Shown here one piece after another: positions 17,837 through 27,187 of a stretch of DNA of 64,000 nucleotides (positions are counted from its first letter, which is position 1; every line of letters begins with the position of its first letter). The DNA is from a virus. Below the pieces are notes generated by a model, which was given only the letters and a program-made list of their open reading frames with translations, was not told the origin of the DNA and made no database searches. The stretch covers positions 1-64,000 of the IMG/VR virus record IMGVR_UViG_3300040801_001492. One strand, written 5' to 3'. Made by a program: the position numbers and the translations under genes.

Positions 17837-20800
17837 TTAAATTAATTTTTCGTAATCTTTTTCTCCCCTGCTATAACGAAAATCGAATTTTTTCTTAAAC
17901 TTAGACCTATAATTAAAGCCTCCTAGTCTATTAAAAAAGTTATCCTTAAACCTATCATTAATCTTATCTTCAACATTTCTATTGATATATTTAATTCTAT
18001 CTTCTCTTAATACCATACACATACCCATAGCTGATACACGGTCAAAGTTACCATCGGGGTCCCAGGCTATAGCTTCTCTAAGATAGCCTAACGATCGTAT
18101 AGTATGTAAGTTAAGCAGTTGAGGTTTTTCTATCTTATTACCTTCCTCATCATATTCATCTTCTTCTAAAGTATATGCAGAACTAATCATCCAGTCAGCC
18201 TGTAGTTTACGACCCCAGGCATTAACAAATTTACTTGCTGTTGTGCCTTTTGAATTATGGGTAACAATAAAATCATTTATTAGGTAACATTCTGATTTAT
18301 TATTTACTGTAATACACTTAGCTTTTTCCCTATGAGAATATTTAATATCTATAATAGGTATTCCTAACATCCTGGCTTTTAATTTACCAGAAGGATTTTT
18401 AGAAAGTTTTTTTAATTTTCTAGGTAATTTAAATAAATTCTCATTAGTCCATATTTTTATAGCATAAGAATCATTACACTGTATATAGATATCTCCTTTC
18501 TTATAACCGGCCTTATTTAAATAAATCTTACTGTGATATCCTAAACTTCTAGCAATAAAGCATACATCTTCTGCTAATTGTTTTGAAATAGTATTAAACA
18601 CTGGGGTACCTTGTCCAACATATCCATCTGTATCTAATAATCCTTTTAATATATTAAGTCTAATTTCAGATGTATTAAATTTATATATATTAGGAATGAA
18701 TTTATTTATAGAAGTTTTATTATTTAAGTTTAATTTTTTTAAATATGATTCGGCATTTGGAATCCTTATATAACAATGTCTATCATCGCTTGGTGTAGTA
18801 AATTTATATATATTAGGAATGAATTTGTTGTATTCTGTTAAATCACAATAGTTAGAAGTAAATCTAACAGTATTACCTTTAGTACTTTTAACACTACCAT
18901 CTCCTAACAATAATCCAAGTGTATATGGGTCTATAGGTACATCCTGTTTATTAAATTCTACCTTAGAACTAGAAGGAATCAAATATTCATGTGTTGAATA
19001 TCCTGATTTGTGTAATCTTTTATATTTATAAAATAATTCCTTAGTAGATAATGTACTTCTTTGTTTAGTGCTTGGTTTTAAAACATCCCAAAGGTGATTA
19101 TTTGAAGCATATACTATTCTTCCGTCAAACAAAGTAATTTTATAAATATCAGTAAAATCATCAAAAGGAATATCTACTACTTTTGTAGATTGTCCATTAT
19201 CAGCGAATATTATATCTCCTATTTTAATATCTTTCCATTGTTTTTTACCAGAAGGAGTGTATATATATTCAGAATAAGGATGAGCTGTGTTGCCGAATCC
19301 TGCTCCTTTAATTAAGTCCATATCACGTAGTATCTGAGGTGTATCAGATAGATACTGCAGCAGATTCATATTCTCAGCATAGGCAAAGAATCCTTTAATA
19401 TTATTCTCATAGTTAGCTTGTGCATTATAATAACGTATAAGGCGTAAAGCAGTATCATAAAAATCAGTTGCTCTAGGTGGTCTACCTGAATACTCAGCTA
19501 CTATCCTATCTGTCCATAGGTCGAAAATAAAACATGAGCCTAATGATACTGTATAGGTTCCTTCATCACTATCAATAGGGTCTACTCCCGCTATATACCT
19601 ACCAAAAGGTACTCTACCTTCACTATCTCTCTTAGGTAACTCAAATATCTCAACACAGCCTGTTCTATCTATATCATCCTTAATAGGAAATTCACGTAGC
19701 ACAGGATGATTTTGCTGCATATCCCAATCTATCTGACCATCGGCTTTATTCTTTAATGTACCTACATAGTGAGAAGCAGTAAATTTATTAATATCTACTA
19801 CTGCTTCGGCTACCATATCCTTCAAGTCAACAACAGGAAATATATTACCTTCCCTACGCATCACGGCGTCCTGGGGCGTAATACACATTTCGGCCTTATG
19901 CTGCACTAAAGCGTTAGTATCTGTAGAACCATATTTTATCTTTATACGCTCTTCTAAGATTCTTAACAAAGCAGCAACAACATCTGAGTTACCGTTCTTA
20001 TCATAACAACCTGTACGGTTAAGATATGCGGGGAAGAAAAAAGCACATTTAGTTTGTCCTATGGCATTCTTATCATATATATTAGGTATAGCTCTTACAT
20101 GGTAACCACCTGGGCTATAAAACAAAGTTTCTGCTCCTTTGAAGTCAGCAGATTCTGTACCTCCTGTACCTCCCCCAATAAGCTGTCCTACAGATATATC
20201 ACCATCTTCTACTGAGTGTCTTGCTATCTCCCATGACTGTAATAGATAAGGATTTTTACCAAACTCTTCCCAATAAACTAAGGGGCCTCGTTTACCACGA
20301 GCCTTATCGGGGTCACCCTGTGTAGTAACACCTATAACACTATTTTGCGTACCTTTAACTAATCCTTCTCTGTTTTTATACCCCATAACCCACTGCATCT
20401 CATTATATGAGTCCTTGAGCTTTAACCTTGACCATGGAGTATGTTCAGCACACCAGTTAACATGGTGTACAAATTTATTTAATATACCATCTTTAGTAAG
20501 ATATTCTTTCTCATTAGCTATAGCAAAACAGGTTACATTATTAGTATTAATAGAAGATTCTCCGAGAATAAATGCTCTTGCTAGGTCTGAACCTGATTTA
20601 TAAGAAAATCCAACACCACGTCTCTTAAGCATAGCTACATGCTCACCTTCTTTACGTGCCTGGTCTTTATAGTGATAATATAGATAATCACCATCATAAA
20701 CATGAGGAAAATCTAATATTTTTGTACCAGACTTACCTGACTTATTTATTTTAGAAGTAAGTAGTATAGGACTATAGTTAAGATAAAAATAGTACGAGCC

Positions 20801-21172
20801 TGGTATCCATTCGCCGTCCTCACGTACTAATCCATCACGACACCTACGAGCTTCTTCTTTCCAAAAACGTGCGTAGCTTGAGTTGGGATGGGTATTAGGG
20901 TGTATTCTAGTAAATGTTTTATATTGTTGAAAATGTATAGCTGCCTGTCTAAAATAATCCATATCCTCTAATATATGAGGATTAGATATATCAACCTCTA
21001 TCTTACCTTCTTCATCTTTTGGTAAATCAGCTATACGTGGTCTATTAGGACTAATAAGCCTTTTAACAAACTCAATAGTATCTATAACATCAAATATTTC
21101 TTCTTTTAGTTCTTTAGATAGTTCTTTTAACAGAGTATCATCTAAAGGTGTTTGTATTTCATTTAGTTTCAT
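17837..21172 (-). CDS. terL: Terminase large subunit with intein
   Basis: LKRRGVGFSY Walker A region, EEFG, GGTGG, nuclease GVDPID and GNFDRVSA. Confidence 0.92.
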   Translation of the reverse strand: MKLNEIQTPLDDTLLKELSKELKEEIFDVIDTIEFVKRLISPNRPRIADLPKDEEGKIEVDISNPHILEDMDYFRQAAIHFQQYKTFTRIHPNTHPNSSYARFWKEEARRCRDGLVREDGEWIPGSYYFYLNYSPILLTSKINKSGKSGTKILDFPHVYDGDYLYYHYKDQARKEGEHVAMLKRRGVGFSYKSGSDLARAFILGESSINTNNVTCFAIANEKEYLTKDGILNKFVHHVNWCAEHTPWSRLKLKDSYNEMQWVMGYKNREGLVKGTQNSVIGVTTQGDPDKARGKRGPLVYWEEFGKNPYLLQSWEIARHSVEDGDISVGQLIGGGTGGTESADFKGAETLFYSPGGYHVRAIPNIYDKNAIGQTKCAFFFPAYLNRTGCYDKNGNSDVVAALLRILEERIKIKYGSTDTNALVQHKAEMCITPQDAVMRREGNIFPVVDLKDMVAEAVVDINKFTASHYVGTLKNKADGQIDWDMQQNHPVLREFPIKDDIDRTGCVEIFELPKRDSEGRVPFGRYIAGVDPIDSDEGTYTVSLGSCFIFDLWTDRIVAEYSGRPPRATDFYDTALRLIRYYNAQANYENNIKGFFAYAENMNLLQYLSDTPQILRDMDLIKGAGFGNTAHPYSEYIYTPSGKKQWKDIKIGDIIFADNGQSTKVVDIPFDDFTDIYKITLFDGRIVYASNNHLWDVLKPSTKQRSTLSTKELFYKYKRLHKSGYSTHEYLIPSSSKVEFNKQDVPIDPYTLGLLLGDGSVKSTKGNTVRFTSNYCDLTEYNKFIPNIYKFTTPSDDRHCYIRIPNAESYLKKLNLNNKTSINKFIPNIYKFNTSEIRLNILKGLLDTDGYVGQGTPVFNTISKQLAEDVCFIARSLGYHSKIYLNKAGYKKGDIYIQCNDSYAIKIWTNENLFKLPRKLKKLSKNPSGKLKARMLGIPIIDIKYSHREKAKCITVNNKSECYLINDFIVTHNSKGTTASKFVNAWGRKLQADWMISSAYTLEEDEYDEEGNKIEKPQLLNLHTIRSLGYLREAIAWDPDGNFDRVSAMGMCMVLREDRIKYINRNVEDKINDRFKDNFFNRLGGFNYRSKFKKKFDFRYSRGEKDYEKLI
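18254..19285 (-). mobile_element. LAGLIDADG intein (344 aa), class 3 signature
   Basis: Begins AHPYSEY and ends IVTHN followed by Ser; HLW in block B, KCITV in block F; LGLLLGDGS and LKGLLDTDG endonuclease motifs. Confidence 0.9.
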
Positions 21173-21785
21173 TATATCCCATACTATAAAAAGAAACCAA
21201 TCTTTTAATCCATATTAAAAAATCTTCTCTACTAAGATTTCTTTTTGCTTTATTACAAATTTCACAACAAGGTACACAATTTGACTTAATATATCCTTTT
21301 AAAGAATCAATCCTATCTATACCATTAAAAACATACTTTTCATTGTTAGGTCTATTTAAATCTGCTTTACTAATCTGTAGTGGTTTTACTCCACAGTAAA
21401 TACAATTTTGACCTGTTAATTTTTTAAATTCAGCTTTTGATAATTTAAACTTAATGTTTTTATATTTAGCTCTACTCTTATATACACCATATATATGATT
21501 AAAAGATGCAGTATTTCCAGATAAATAAGAACCTCTTTTTTTATACACCCTATTGGTATTTCCTCTACACCCACAAGTTAAAGAGTTTGAAAAACAGTCT
21601 CTAGGTTTTTCAAATGTATTACCACAATCACATCTTAATAAATATATACTAGATTTTTTACCAGAGTACATTCTAACACTTCTACCTGTATATTTTATTA
21701 CAGTAGAATGTCCAAATCTTTTTCCAATAAGTTTAGCTGCTCTTTCTTCAGTAAGTTCTTGTCTAGTTTTTGTCTTTTTTTTCAT
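21159..21785 (-). CDS. Free-standing HNH homing endonuclease
   Basis: RCDCGN...CGC N-terminal module; CIYCG...GIDRIDSLKGYIKSNCVPCCEICNKAK. Confidence 0.85.
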   Translation of the reverse strand: MKKKTKTRQELTEERAAKLIGKRFGHSTVIKYTGRSVRMYSGKKSSIYLLRCDCGNTFEKPRDCFSNSLTCGCRGNTNRVYKKRGSYLSGNTASFNHIYGVYKSRAKYKNIKFKLSKAEFKKLTGQNCIYCGVKPLQISKADLNRPNNEKYVFNGIDRIDSLKGYIKSNCVPCCEICNKAKRNLSREDFLIWIKRLVSFYSMGYNETK

Positions 21786-21804
21786 AAACCACTGATTATC
21801 AACA

Positions 21805-22356
21805 TCATATCCCGTCTTCGAACACAGCCTTAGTTTTGCCTCCCACCTTATCTTCTTTCTCCTGCAGTTCTTTCTTAACCATCTCTTCTAAATCAGATAG
21901 GCTCTTAAGAAGAGCACCTGATTTTTCTATCGTACCAGCTAATTTAGCAGGATCATATATAGGCTTACCTTGATTAGTAAGCTTAGTAAAATCAACATTC
22001 CTAAAGTATGTACGCATCTGGTTAACAGCATAGCGTGCATCCTTAAGAAAAGCTAATGCTAAGATATTATTTATTTTCGTTCTGTAAAACTCTCTGGCTG
22101 TTGTTACTTCTTTACTCTCTTTATAATCTTCACCAAGCGTAAGGTTAACTAATATGTCTTTTCTACGCTCTTCTTCATCTATTATCTCTGTAAAGTCGGA
22201 TTTGAAGTCTTCCATAAAGAAGACATAGGCTAATTCATCCAAAGCCTTATTCTTAGTCTTAGACCTATCTTTATCCCAGATAGCACGAAAAGGCTTAAGT
22301 CTATAAGCCTCTTCTGAGATTGTTACCTGATGATTTACTAAATCAAATAATTTAAT
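21805..22356 (-). CDS. Conserved crAss-like protein upstream of TerL (small-terminase candidate); probable ATT start
   Basis: Frame is open 38 codons upstream of the annotated TTG: IKLFDLVNHQVTISEEAYRLKPFRAIWDKDRSKTKNKALDELAYVFF. AAGGAGG lies 9 nt before the ATT; TAA TAG lie upstream in frame. Confidence 0.7.
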   Translation of the reverse strand: MKLFDLVNHQVTISEEAYRLKPFRAIWDKDRSKTKNKALDELAYVFFMEDFKSDFTEIIDEEERRKDILVNLTLGEDYKESKEVTTAREFYRTKINNILALAFLKDARYAVNQMRTYFRNVDFTKLTNQGKPIYDPAKLAGTIEKSGALLKSLSDLEEMVKKELQEKEDKVGGKTKAVFEDGI

Positions 22357-22358
22357 AA

Positions 22359-22493
22359 CTACTTCCCTCCTTTTCTATTAAGTACTTTAAACAATAGTTT
22401 ATTCAATTCTCTATCGCTTAAATGTTTAAAATACTTAGGTTTTCCCTCTTTAGGTATACAATCATATATACCAGCTTTGGTTATTGTTTTCAT
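22359..22493 (-). CDS. 44-aa hypothetical (not in ORF track)
   Basis: MKTITKAGIYDCIPKEGKPKYFKHLSDRELNKLLFKVLNRKGGK*; ATGA overlap with the upstream gene. Confidence 0.55.
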   Translation of the reverse strand: MKTITKAGIYDCIPKEGKPKYFKHLSDRELNKLLFKVLNRKGGK

Positions 22494-22789
22494 ACTTCAA
22501 CACAATAAGTAGGTGGTTGATGAACAGTGAGAGTATGATTATCATAGCCACTATAACGAACTGTACCTGTTCCATCATAATAAACAGGATTCCACCATGG
22601 ATACCAAGGATGTTCCCATCTATCAATATAAATAGGACTATTCCAATTAATAATAGTCTCTGTCTTTAAAGTATATTCTTTCCACTCACCTTTAGGAAAT
22701 AGTCTGTCTAGTGCTTCTATAAGCTCATTCAGCTTAATATTCTGCTCAACAGCTATTGTTTGTTCTTTCGTATCAATCTGTATTTTCAT
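22490..22789 (-). CDS. Hypothetical protein
   Basis: ORF track; tightly packed. Confidence 0.65.
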   Translation of the reverse strand: MKIQIDTKEQTIAVEQNIKLNELIEALDRLFPKGEWKEYTLKTETIINWNSPIYIDRWEHPWYPWWNPVYYDGTGTVRYSGYDNHTLTVHQPPTYCVEV

Positions 22790-22940
22790 ATGTTTTTCTA
22801 CATTTTAAGCATAAATAACTAATAATCTTAGCTTTTCCTGTTTTATAATAATAATCCAAGTCAAAATATCGTATATGAGGAGTTTTTTCTCCGCAATAAG
22901 GACATATTTCAGGTTTACTATCAGCATTACTTCTTAGCAT
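22773..22940 (-). CDS. 55-aa zinc-ribbon protein (not in ORF track)
   Basis: MLRSNADSKPEICPYCGEK...YLCLKCRKTYENTD*. Confidence 0.6.
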   Translation of the reverse strand: MLRSNADSKPEICPYCGEKTPHIRYFDLDYYYKTGKAKIISYLCLKCRKTYENTD

Positions 22941-23163
22941 CATTCTTCTTCTTTAAGCGTTTCTTATGCCAGTCAGGACAGTAAAATATACCGAAGTATG
23001 GAATACGCAGGGAAGGAAAATGTAAGATGCTCCTCTTACATCTATTTTTCATATTATATGCCTGAAGTTTAAAGGGAGCTTCGAAGGCTTTCTCCAAGTC
23101 AGAAAACTTCAAGTCTTTCTCCTTAGCTATCTTCTTCAGCAACACTTTCACTTCCCTGTTCAT
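22927..23163 (-). CDS. HU/IHF-like DNA-binding protein
   Basis: LLKKIAKEKDL...SLRIPYFGIF; basic. Confidence 0.6.
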   Translation of the reverse strand: MNREVKVLLKKIAKEKDLKFSDLEKAFEAPFKLQAYNMKNRCKRSILHFPSLRIPYFGIFYCPDWHKKRLKKKNDAKK

Positions 23164-23305
23164 ACTCCTTTATATATAATAAATATAATTCTTCGTCCTT
23201 TACTTCCTGTAAACAAACGCTGCAAATCGGGGTGAAATCATCTATATAGTATAATTCATCCGACTGCTGTTCCCTCCCCAGAACTTCACAGCGTGTACAT
23301 TTCAT
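23123..23305 (-). CDS. Small zinc-finger protein
   Basis: CTRC...CSVC. Confidence 0.55.
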   Translation of the reverse strand: MKCTRCEVLGREQQSDELYYIDDFTPICSVCLQEVKDEELYLLYIKEYEQGSESVAEEDS

Positions 23306-23307
23306 GA

Positions 23308-24264
23308 TTATCTAGCTAATGTAGTTAATAAATTCTTTCTTTTCTCTTTATCATACGAAGTTCTACGCTCTCTTGAAAACGAGCCGCAGACTTCACATCT
23401 ATAAACCTTATACTTACCTGTCTGTGTATAGTAGAAATTATCAGTCTTAGTAATATCTTTATTACCACATACAGAGCATACAGGCTTATCTGACTCTAAG
23501 TACAGCCCAATATTAGGATGTGACTTAATCCAAGGAATAAGCGTAACATACACTTCTTCAAGAAGCTTAACATCTTGCTTATTATACCTCTCCATCTCTG
23601 CCAATGCCTTATCGCTTCCCCTAACACATCTATCCCATAATTCCATACTAGTCTTTATCTTACCTTCGATACCTAAAAATGTAGCAAGGTCATCAAGCTT
23701 ATTACTAGGAAATTCGAACTGACGTTGTGCTATCTTCAAAGTATCTATCTGTCTATAAGGAGATGGAGGCAACAGGTTGTGCAAAAGAAGTCTTGCGTTT
23801 ATTCTTGGTAAATCAAACACATTACCATTATGTGCAATCACTATATCTGCTTCATCAAGGTAGTGCCACAACTCCTCTGTTATACGTGAATCATCTTCAG
23901 CCAGTGCTTCTTTTGATGTCAGCTTGGAAGCAAAAATATTATCTTCAAATAACCACTTGGCTGACCAGGTTAAAATAAACCAATTAGATAATATCTGATC
24001 TGAATATATGTTCTGTCTCCACCTGCTCCATACATATGCCTTCAAAGGAGCTGTTTCTATATCCAACAGCAGTATCTTAGGCATATTGGATGATTTTGCT
24101 TTAGGCGGTTTATAACTTCTAACTACTTGTTGTCTTATTTCTTGCTTAGCTTCTTTAATCAGATCAGGTGTAGTATTCCACCATCGAGAGAGTTTACCAG
24201 CACCCATCCGTAAAGTATAGGGCTTATCTAACAGTTTTTGTTTAATCTCTGTTTTATCTATCAT
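23308..24264 (-). CDS. DnaQ/RNase H-like 3'-5' exonuclease with C-terminal Zn ribbon
   Basis: LDIET, AHNGNVFD, DTL and YNKQDV; CSVC...CEVC. Confidence 0.85.
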   Translation of the reverse strand: MIDKTEIKQKLLDKPYTLRMGAGKLSRWWNTTPDLIKEAKQEIRQQVVRSYKPPKAKSSNMPKILLLDIETAPLKAYVWSRWRQNIYSDQILSNWFILTWSAKWLFEDNIFASKLTSKEALAEDDSRITEELWHYLDEADIVIAHNGNVFDLPRINARLLLHNLLPPSPYRQIDTLKIAQRQFEFPSNKLDDLATFLGIEGKIKTSMELWDRCVRGSDKALAEMERYNKQDVKLLEEVYVTLIPWIKSHPNIGLYLESDKPVCSVCGNKDITKTDNFYYTQTGKYKVYRCEVCGSFSRERRTSYDKEKRKNLLTTLAR

Positions 24265-24291
24265 ATTTTATTTGTTTTTAAGTACCTCTGA

Positions 24292-24660
24292 TTACTCCTC
24301 ACCGTTATCTTCACTAAAAACAAATATTATTTGCGGTACCTTATTAATTATATATCTAGGAACCAATTCCTTCCCTTCTATAAGCCCCAGCTTACGTAAC
24401 CTAGATAAACAGGCATCTACCCTTGTAGTAGATAGATTAAGCTTATTGGTTATCAGTTCCTTATTGTCTTTATTAAATATTAACATGTTACGCTCCGTAA
24501 AGGGTATCTTACGATGCTGATAGTTCAATAGAAGAAGCTCAGCATAGACACTAAGCTCTGTATTACTCAGCCTGCTAAAGGGATTAATAACGCTGAGTAC
24601 TAACAGAAGCTTACTGAAATAATTATCATCCGTTACGTTTACGTTTATTTTTAAGCTCAT
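24292..24660 (-). CDS. Winged-helix DNA-binding protein
   Basis: LSNTELSV...KLNLSTTRVDACLSRLRKLGLI. Confidence 0.65.
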   Translation of the reverse strand: MSLKINVNVTDDNYFSKLLLVLSVINPFSRLSNTELSVYAELLLLNYQHRKIPFTERNMLIFNKDNKELITNKLNLSTTRVDACLSRLRKLGLIEGKELVPRYIINKVPQIIFVFSEDNGEE

Positions 24661-25407
24661 TGTATTTATTTCTTTTAGTACGGCTAAGTGCCCAAAAGAG
24701 CCCTAACTGCACCTGTGTAAGCTCACTTAGCATTTCTCCATCACGAAGAACCGAATCAACTAAATCAACAAAATAAACCGATTCATCCTGATATACTTTC
24801 TTAACATACTGACCGAGTTCATTATATACACAGTCACCTGCTCCTATCCTTTCCTCTGTAACCTCACTAAGAGGCATCGAATCAGTTATATAATATTTCA
24901 TTCTATTTAGTGTTAAATCCTTTTATATTGCCTTTACTGTCAACTTTCTCATGTGTAGTATCTTCTGATTTCTCATTTAGAAGAATCCCGAAGAAATATT
25001 TTCTATGCTTTATATCTCTATCTGCTATATTCTTCTCTATATCATGCCATACTAGATGACTAATAATTTCTGTTTTAAATAGCGACCTACTTTTCTTCTT
25101 CTTGTCTTGTGTCTTTGACATATGATACTCCTTTTTGCTTTAAATTTTTCTTTATATCATGCTTATCTAAAAATTCTCTCCATGCTGATGGTGTCATCTT
25201 AGAAACATGTTTTATCTTACCTTTCTTATATAAATCTATATTAGACTGTATCTGCTTAGATAACTGCTTGAAGACTTCTTTACTCATATCCTCAGGGCGA
25301 TGACCACTAAAAATACTCCAGTACATATCTTTATCTACTTCTATACGCTGCTCCTTATCATCAACAACAACGCTCATAGTTATTGTACTATTTTTTTGCT
25401 TTTCCAT
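24626..25407 (-). other. Three small hypothetical genes (24626..24901, 24903..25121, 25087..25407)
   Basis: ORF track; co-oriented and overlapping or abutting. Confidence 0.6.
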
Positions 25408-25717
25408 CAGCCATCTTCAGTTTAAAGTTATCTGGCTTAACAGCTATACGTATTGAATGTCGTGGTACTATAGCAAAGAAAAAATCATCCCACTTAAATC
25501 CATAAGAAGAAGCAAAGTCTGCTACTATATCTCCTACTTCTATATCATCTATAGATTCTGTTACAGCTACTACAGTAGCATAATCAATATCACCTGTTGA
25601 TTCATCACTATCAGGCATTATAATCTTAGATTTCTTCTTATGTATCTGTATCAATACATTACCATCTACCATTCTAATCTTTGAAATATCTTTTACTCTT
25701 TCCATACTAAAATACAA
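25388..25717 (-). CDS. GroES-like co-chaperonin
   Basis: NVLIQ...KIIMPD...ATVVAV..IDDIEVGDIV. Confidence 0.65.
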   Translation of the reverse strand: MYFSMERVKDISKIRMVDGNVLIQIHKKKSKIIMPDSDESTGDIDYATVVAVTESIDDIEVGDIVADFASSYGFKWDDFFFAIVPRHSIRIAVKPDNFKLKMADGKAKK

Positions 25718-25961
25718 AATTTGGTTGACCTTCTTTTACTTGCCAATATAAATGTTTCCATCCAGAAGGTATATAATGAGAAACACCTTGTGCGTCATAT
25801 ATTCTATGACTATGCCCACTTTTTTTAAAAGTTACGTGTAACTTTAGTGGATTTTCTATTCTTATTTCTATATCTGAAAAAACATATACTCTATATGTTT
25901 CATCACTTATATCTTTAAATTCTAAATCCGTTCCATTTATAAAACCTGCTACTCTTTCCAT
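25707..25961 (-). CDS. Conserved phage hypothetical protein
   Basis: FKDISDETYRVY...SHRIYDAQG.SHYIPSGW pattern recalled from other phages. Confidence 0.6.
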   Translation of the reverse strand: MERVAGFINGTDLEFKDISDETYRVYVFSDIEIRIENPLKLHVTFKKSGHSHRIYDAQGVSHYIPSGWKHLYWQVKEGQPNFVF

Positions 25962-25967
25962 ACTAAT

Positions 25968-26207
25968 TTATTTATCGTTTAAAAATTCTTCCCATTTATA
26001 GAGAAGGTTATGTTTAGTTAAAAATTCTCTCAGTTTATTCTCTCTACGTAATATTATAGCTTTCTGTATCATATTAAAACTAAGATAACCTATGCCTAAG
26101 AAGACAGCACCTGCTACTGCATAGCCATCATTAGTTACCAAATAGTGTATAAAAGCTGATATATAAAAACCTAAAAAGAATATATCTATCCATCCTACTT
26201 TATTCAT
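25968..26207 (-). CDS. Two-TM membrane protein
   Basis: Two hydrophobic stretches. Confidence 0.6.
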   Translation of the reverse strand: MNKVGWIDIFFLGFYISAFIHYLVTNDGYAVAGAVFLGIGYLSFNMIQKAIILRRENKLREFLTKHNLLYKWEEFLNDK

Positions 26208-26209
26208 AA

Positions 26210-26509
26210 TTATTCTTGTTTATCTTTCCAAAGAAGAAATACCACATTACATAATACATGTGCCATCGAAGGTAATCCAGACTCATCATCTACTCTCTCA
26301 CCTTTTCTCCATGATGTCAAATGTCTCATTAATGCTGCATAGTATCTATCTTCAAAGTTATCTAATGTTTTCCAATTATCGGGGCCATATTTACCAGCTC
26401 CAAAAGTAAGTATCTTTACACAGTCTTCTACACATTCGATAGGAAGCAAATCCCATCTAAGCTTATCTGTATCATACTTAATACCAGGCTCAGTCTTTCT
26501 CGACTCCAT
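26210..26509 (-). CDS. dATP/dGTP diphosphohydrolase-like protein (DUF5664)
   Basis: KYDTDKLRWDLLP, FGAGKYGPDNW, AALMRH and DDESGLPSMAH. Confidence 0.85.
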   Translation of the reverse strand: MESRKTEPGIKYDTDKLRWDLLPIECVEDCVKILTFGAGKYGPDNWKTLDNFEDRYYAALMRHLTSWRKGERVDDESGLPSMAHVLCNVVFLLWKDKQE

Positions 26510-26954
26510 ATAGAACTGCTTTATCTATATACCTATAAACAGCTGTAATCTCTCCTTCAACTGTTTCAAAATCTATAATGCTATTAGTACGTTTACCTGT
26601 CTCAAAATACTTATTCATCTCATTAATCTGTTCAAAGACAGGAATATTATTCTCTATAGCTAGTTTTATCTCCATCTGAGTACCCTTAGAGGTCTCATAT
26701 CCTGGAGTAAGTATCACTGCATCAGAAGCCAATAGCCATACCTGACCCATATCAAAATAATTGTGGTAATCGTCATATCCAAACTTAATCCCCATTAGAA
26801 GATCAATAGCTGGTATATAAGGCGAATAGCCTTCTTGACGTACTTCCTCTGCTCTCTCCATCATCTTGTGCACATTATGCAAGTAGTTCACTGCGTCAGC
26901 ATTCAACTTACCCGCTACATACACTCTCTTAATCTTACTGTAATTCTTCTTCAT
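26490..26954 (-). CDS. DUF4406/DUF1937 nucleoside deoxyribosyltransferase-like protein
   Basis: VYVAG...GYSPYIP...SDAVILTPGYETSKGTQMEIKLA...IPV. Confidence 0.75.
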   Translation of the reverse strand: MKKNYSKIKRVYVAGKLNADAVNYLHNVHKMMERAEEVRQEGYSPYIPAIDLLMGIKFGYDDYHNYFDMGQVWLLASDAVILTPGYETSKGTQMEIKLAIENNIPVFEQINEMNKYFETGKRTNSIIDFETVEGEITAVYRYIDKAVLYGVEKD

Positions 26955-26978
26955 ATGCTCCTTTTACTTTTGCTTTAG

Positions 26979-27050
26979 CAGTCTGTGGGAGATTCGAACT
27001 CCTAACCCCAGCTTGACAAGCTGGTATGTTACCATTACACCACACAGACT
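26979..27050 (-). tRNA. tRNA-Asp(GTC)
   Basis: Acceptor AGTCTGT/ACAGACT; anticodon arm CCAGC-TTGTCAA-GCTGG; T-loop TTCGAAT; no encoded CCA. Confidence 0.92.
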
Positions 27051-27056
27051 AATGCC

Positions 27057-27185
27057 TTACAAGAGATTTAAAGTTTCTCTAAGCTTTACTTCTATAAGAT
27101 TTTTAACAGGTTCAGAAAGTTTATCTCCCATAACATAAAAATCTAATAGTAATTCTAATAATCTAATACGCTCCTTTGTTGTCAT
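27057..27185 (-). CDS. 42-aa hypothetical (not in ORF track)
   Basis: MTTKERIRLLELLLDFYVMGDKLSEPVKNLIEVKLRETLNLL*. Confidence 0.55.
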   Translation of the reverse strand: MTTKERIRLLELLLDFYVMGDKLSEPVKNLIEVKLRETLNLL

Positions 27186-27187
27186 TT

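Noticed and set aside
200-24520. Plus-strand ORFs in the left arm (e.g. 200..499, 2354..2878, 4583..4828, 5882..6211, 15187..15423)
   Set aside because: They are antisense shadows of well-supported minus-strand genes and carry no motifs.
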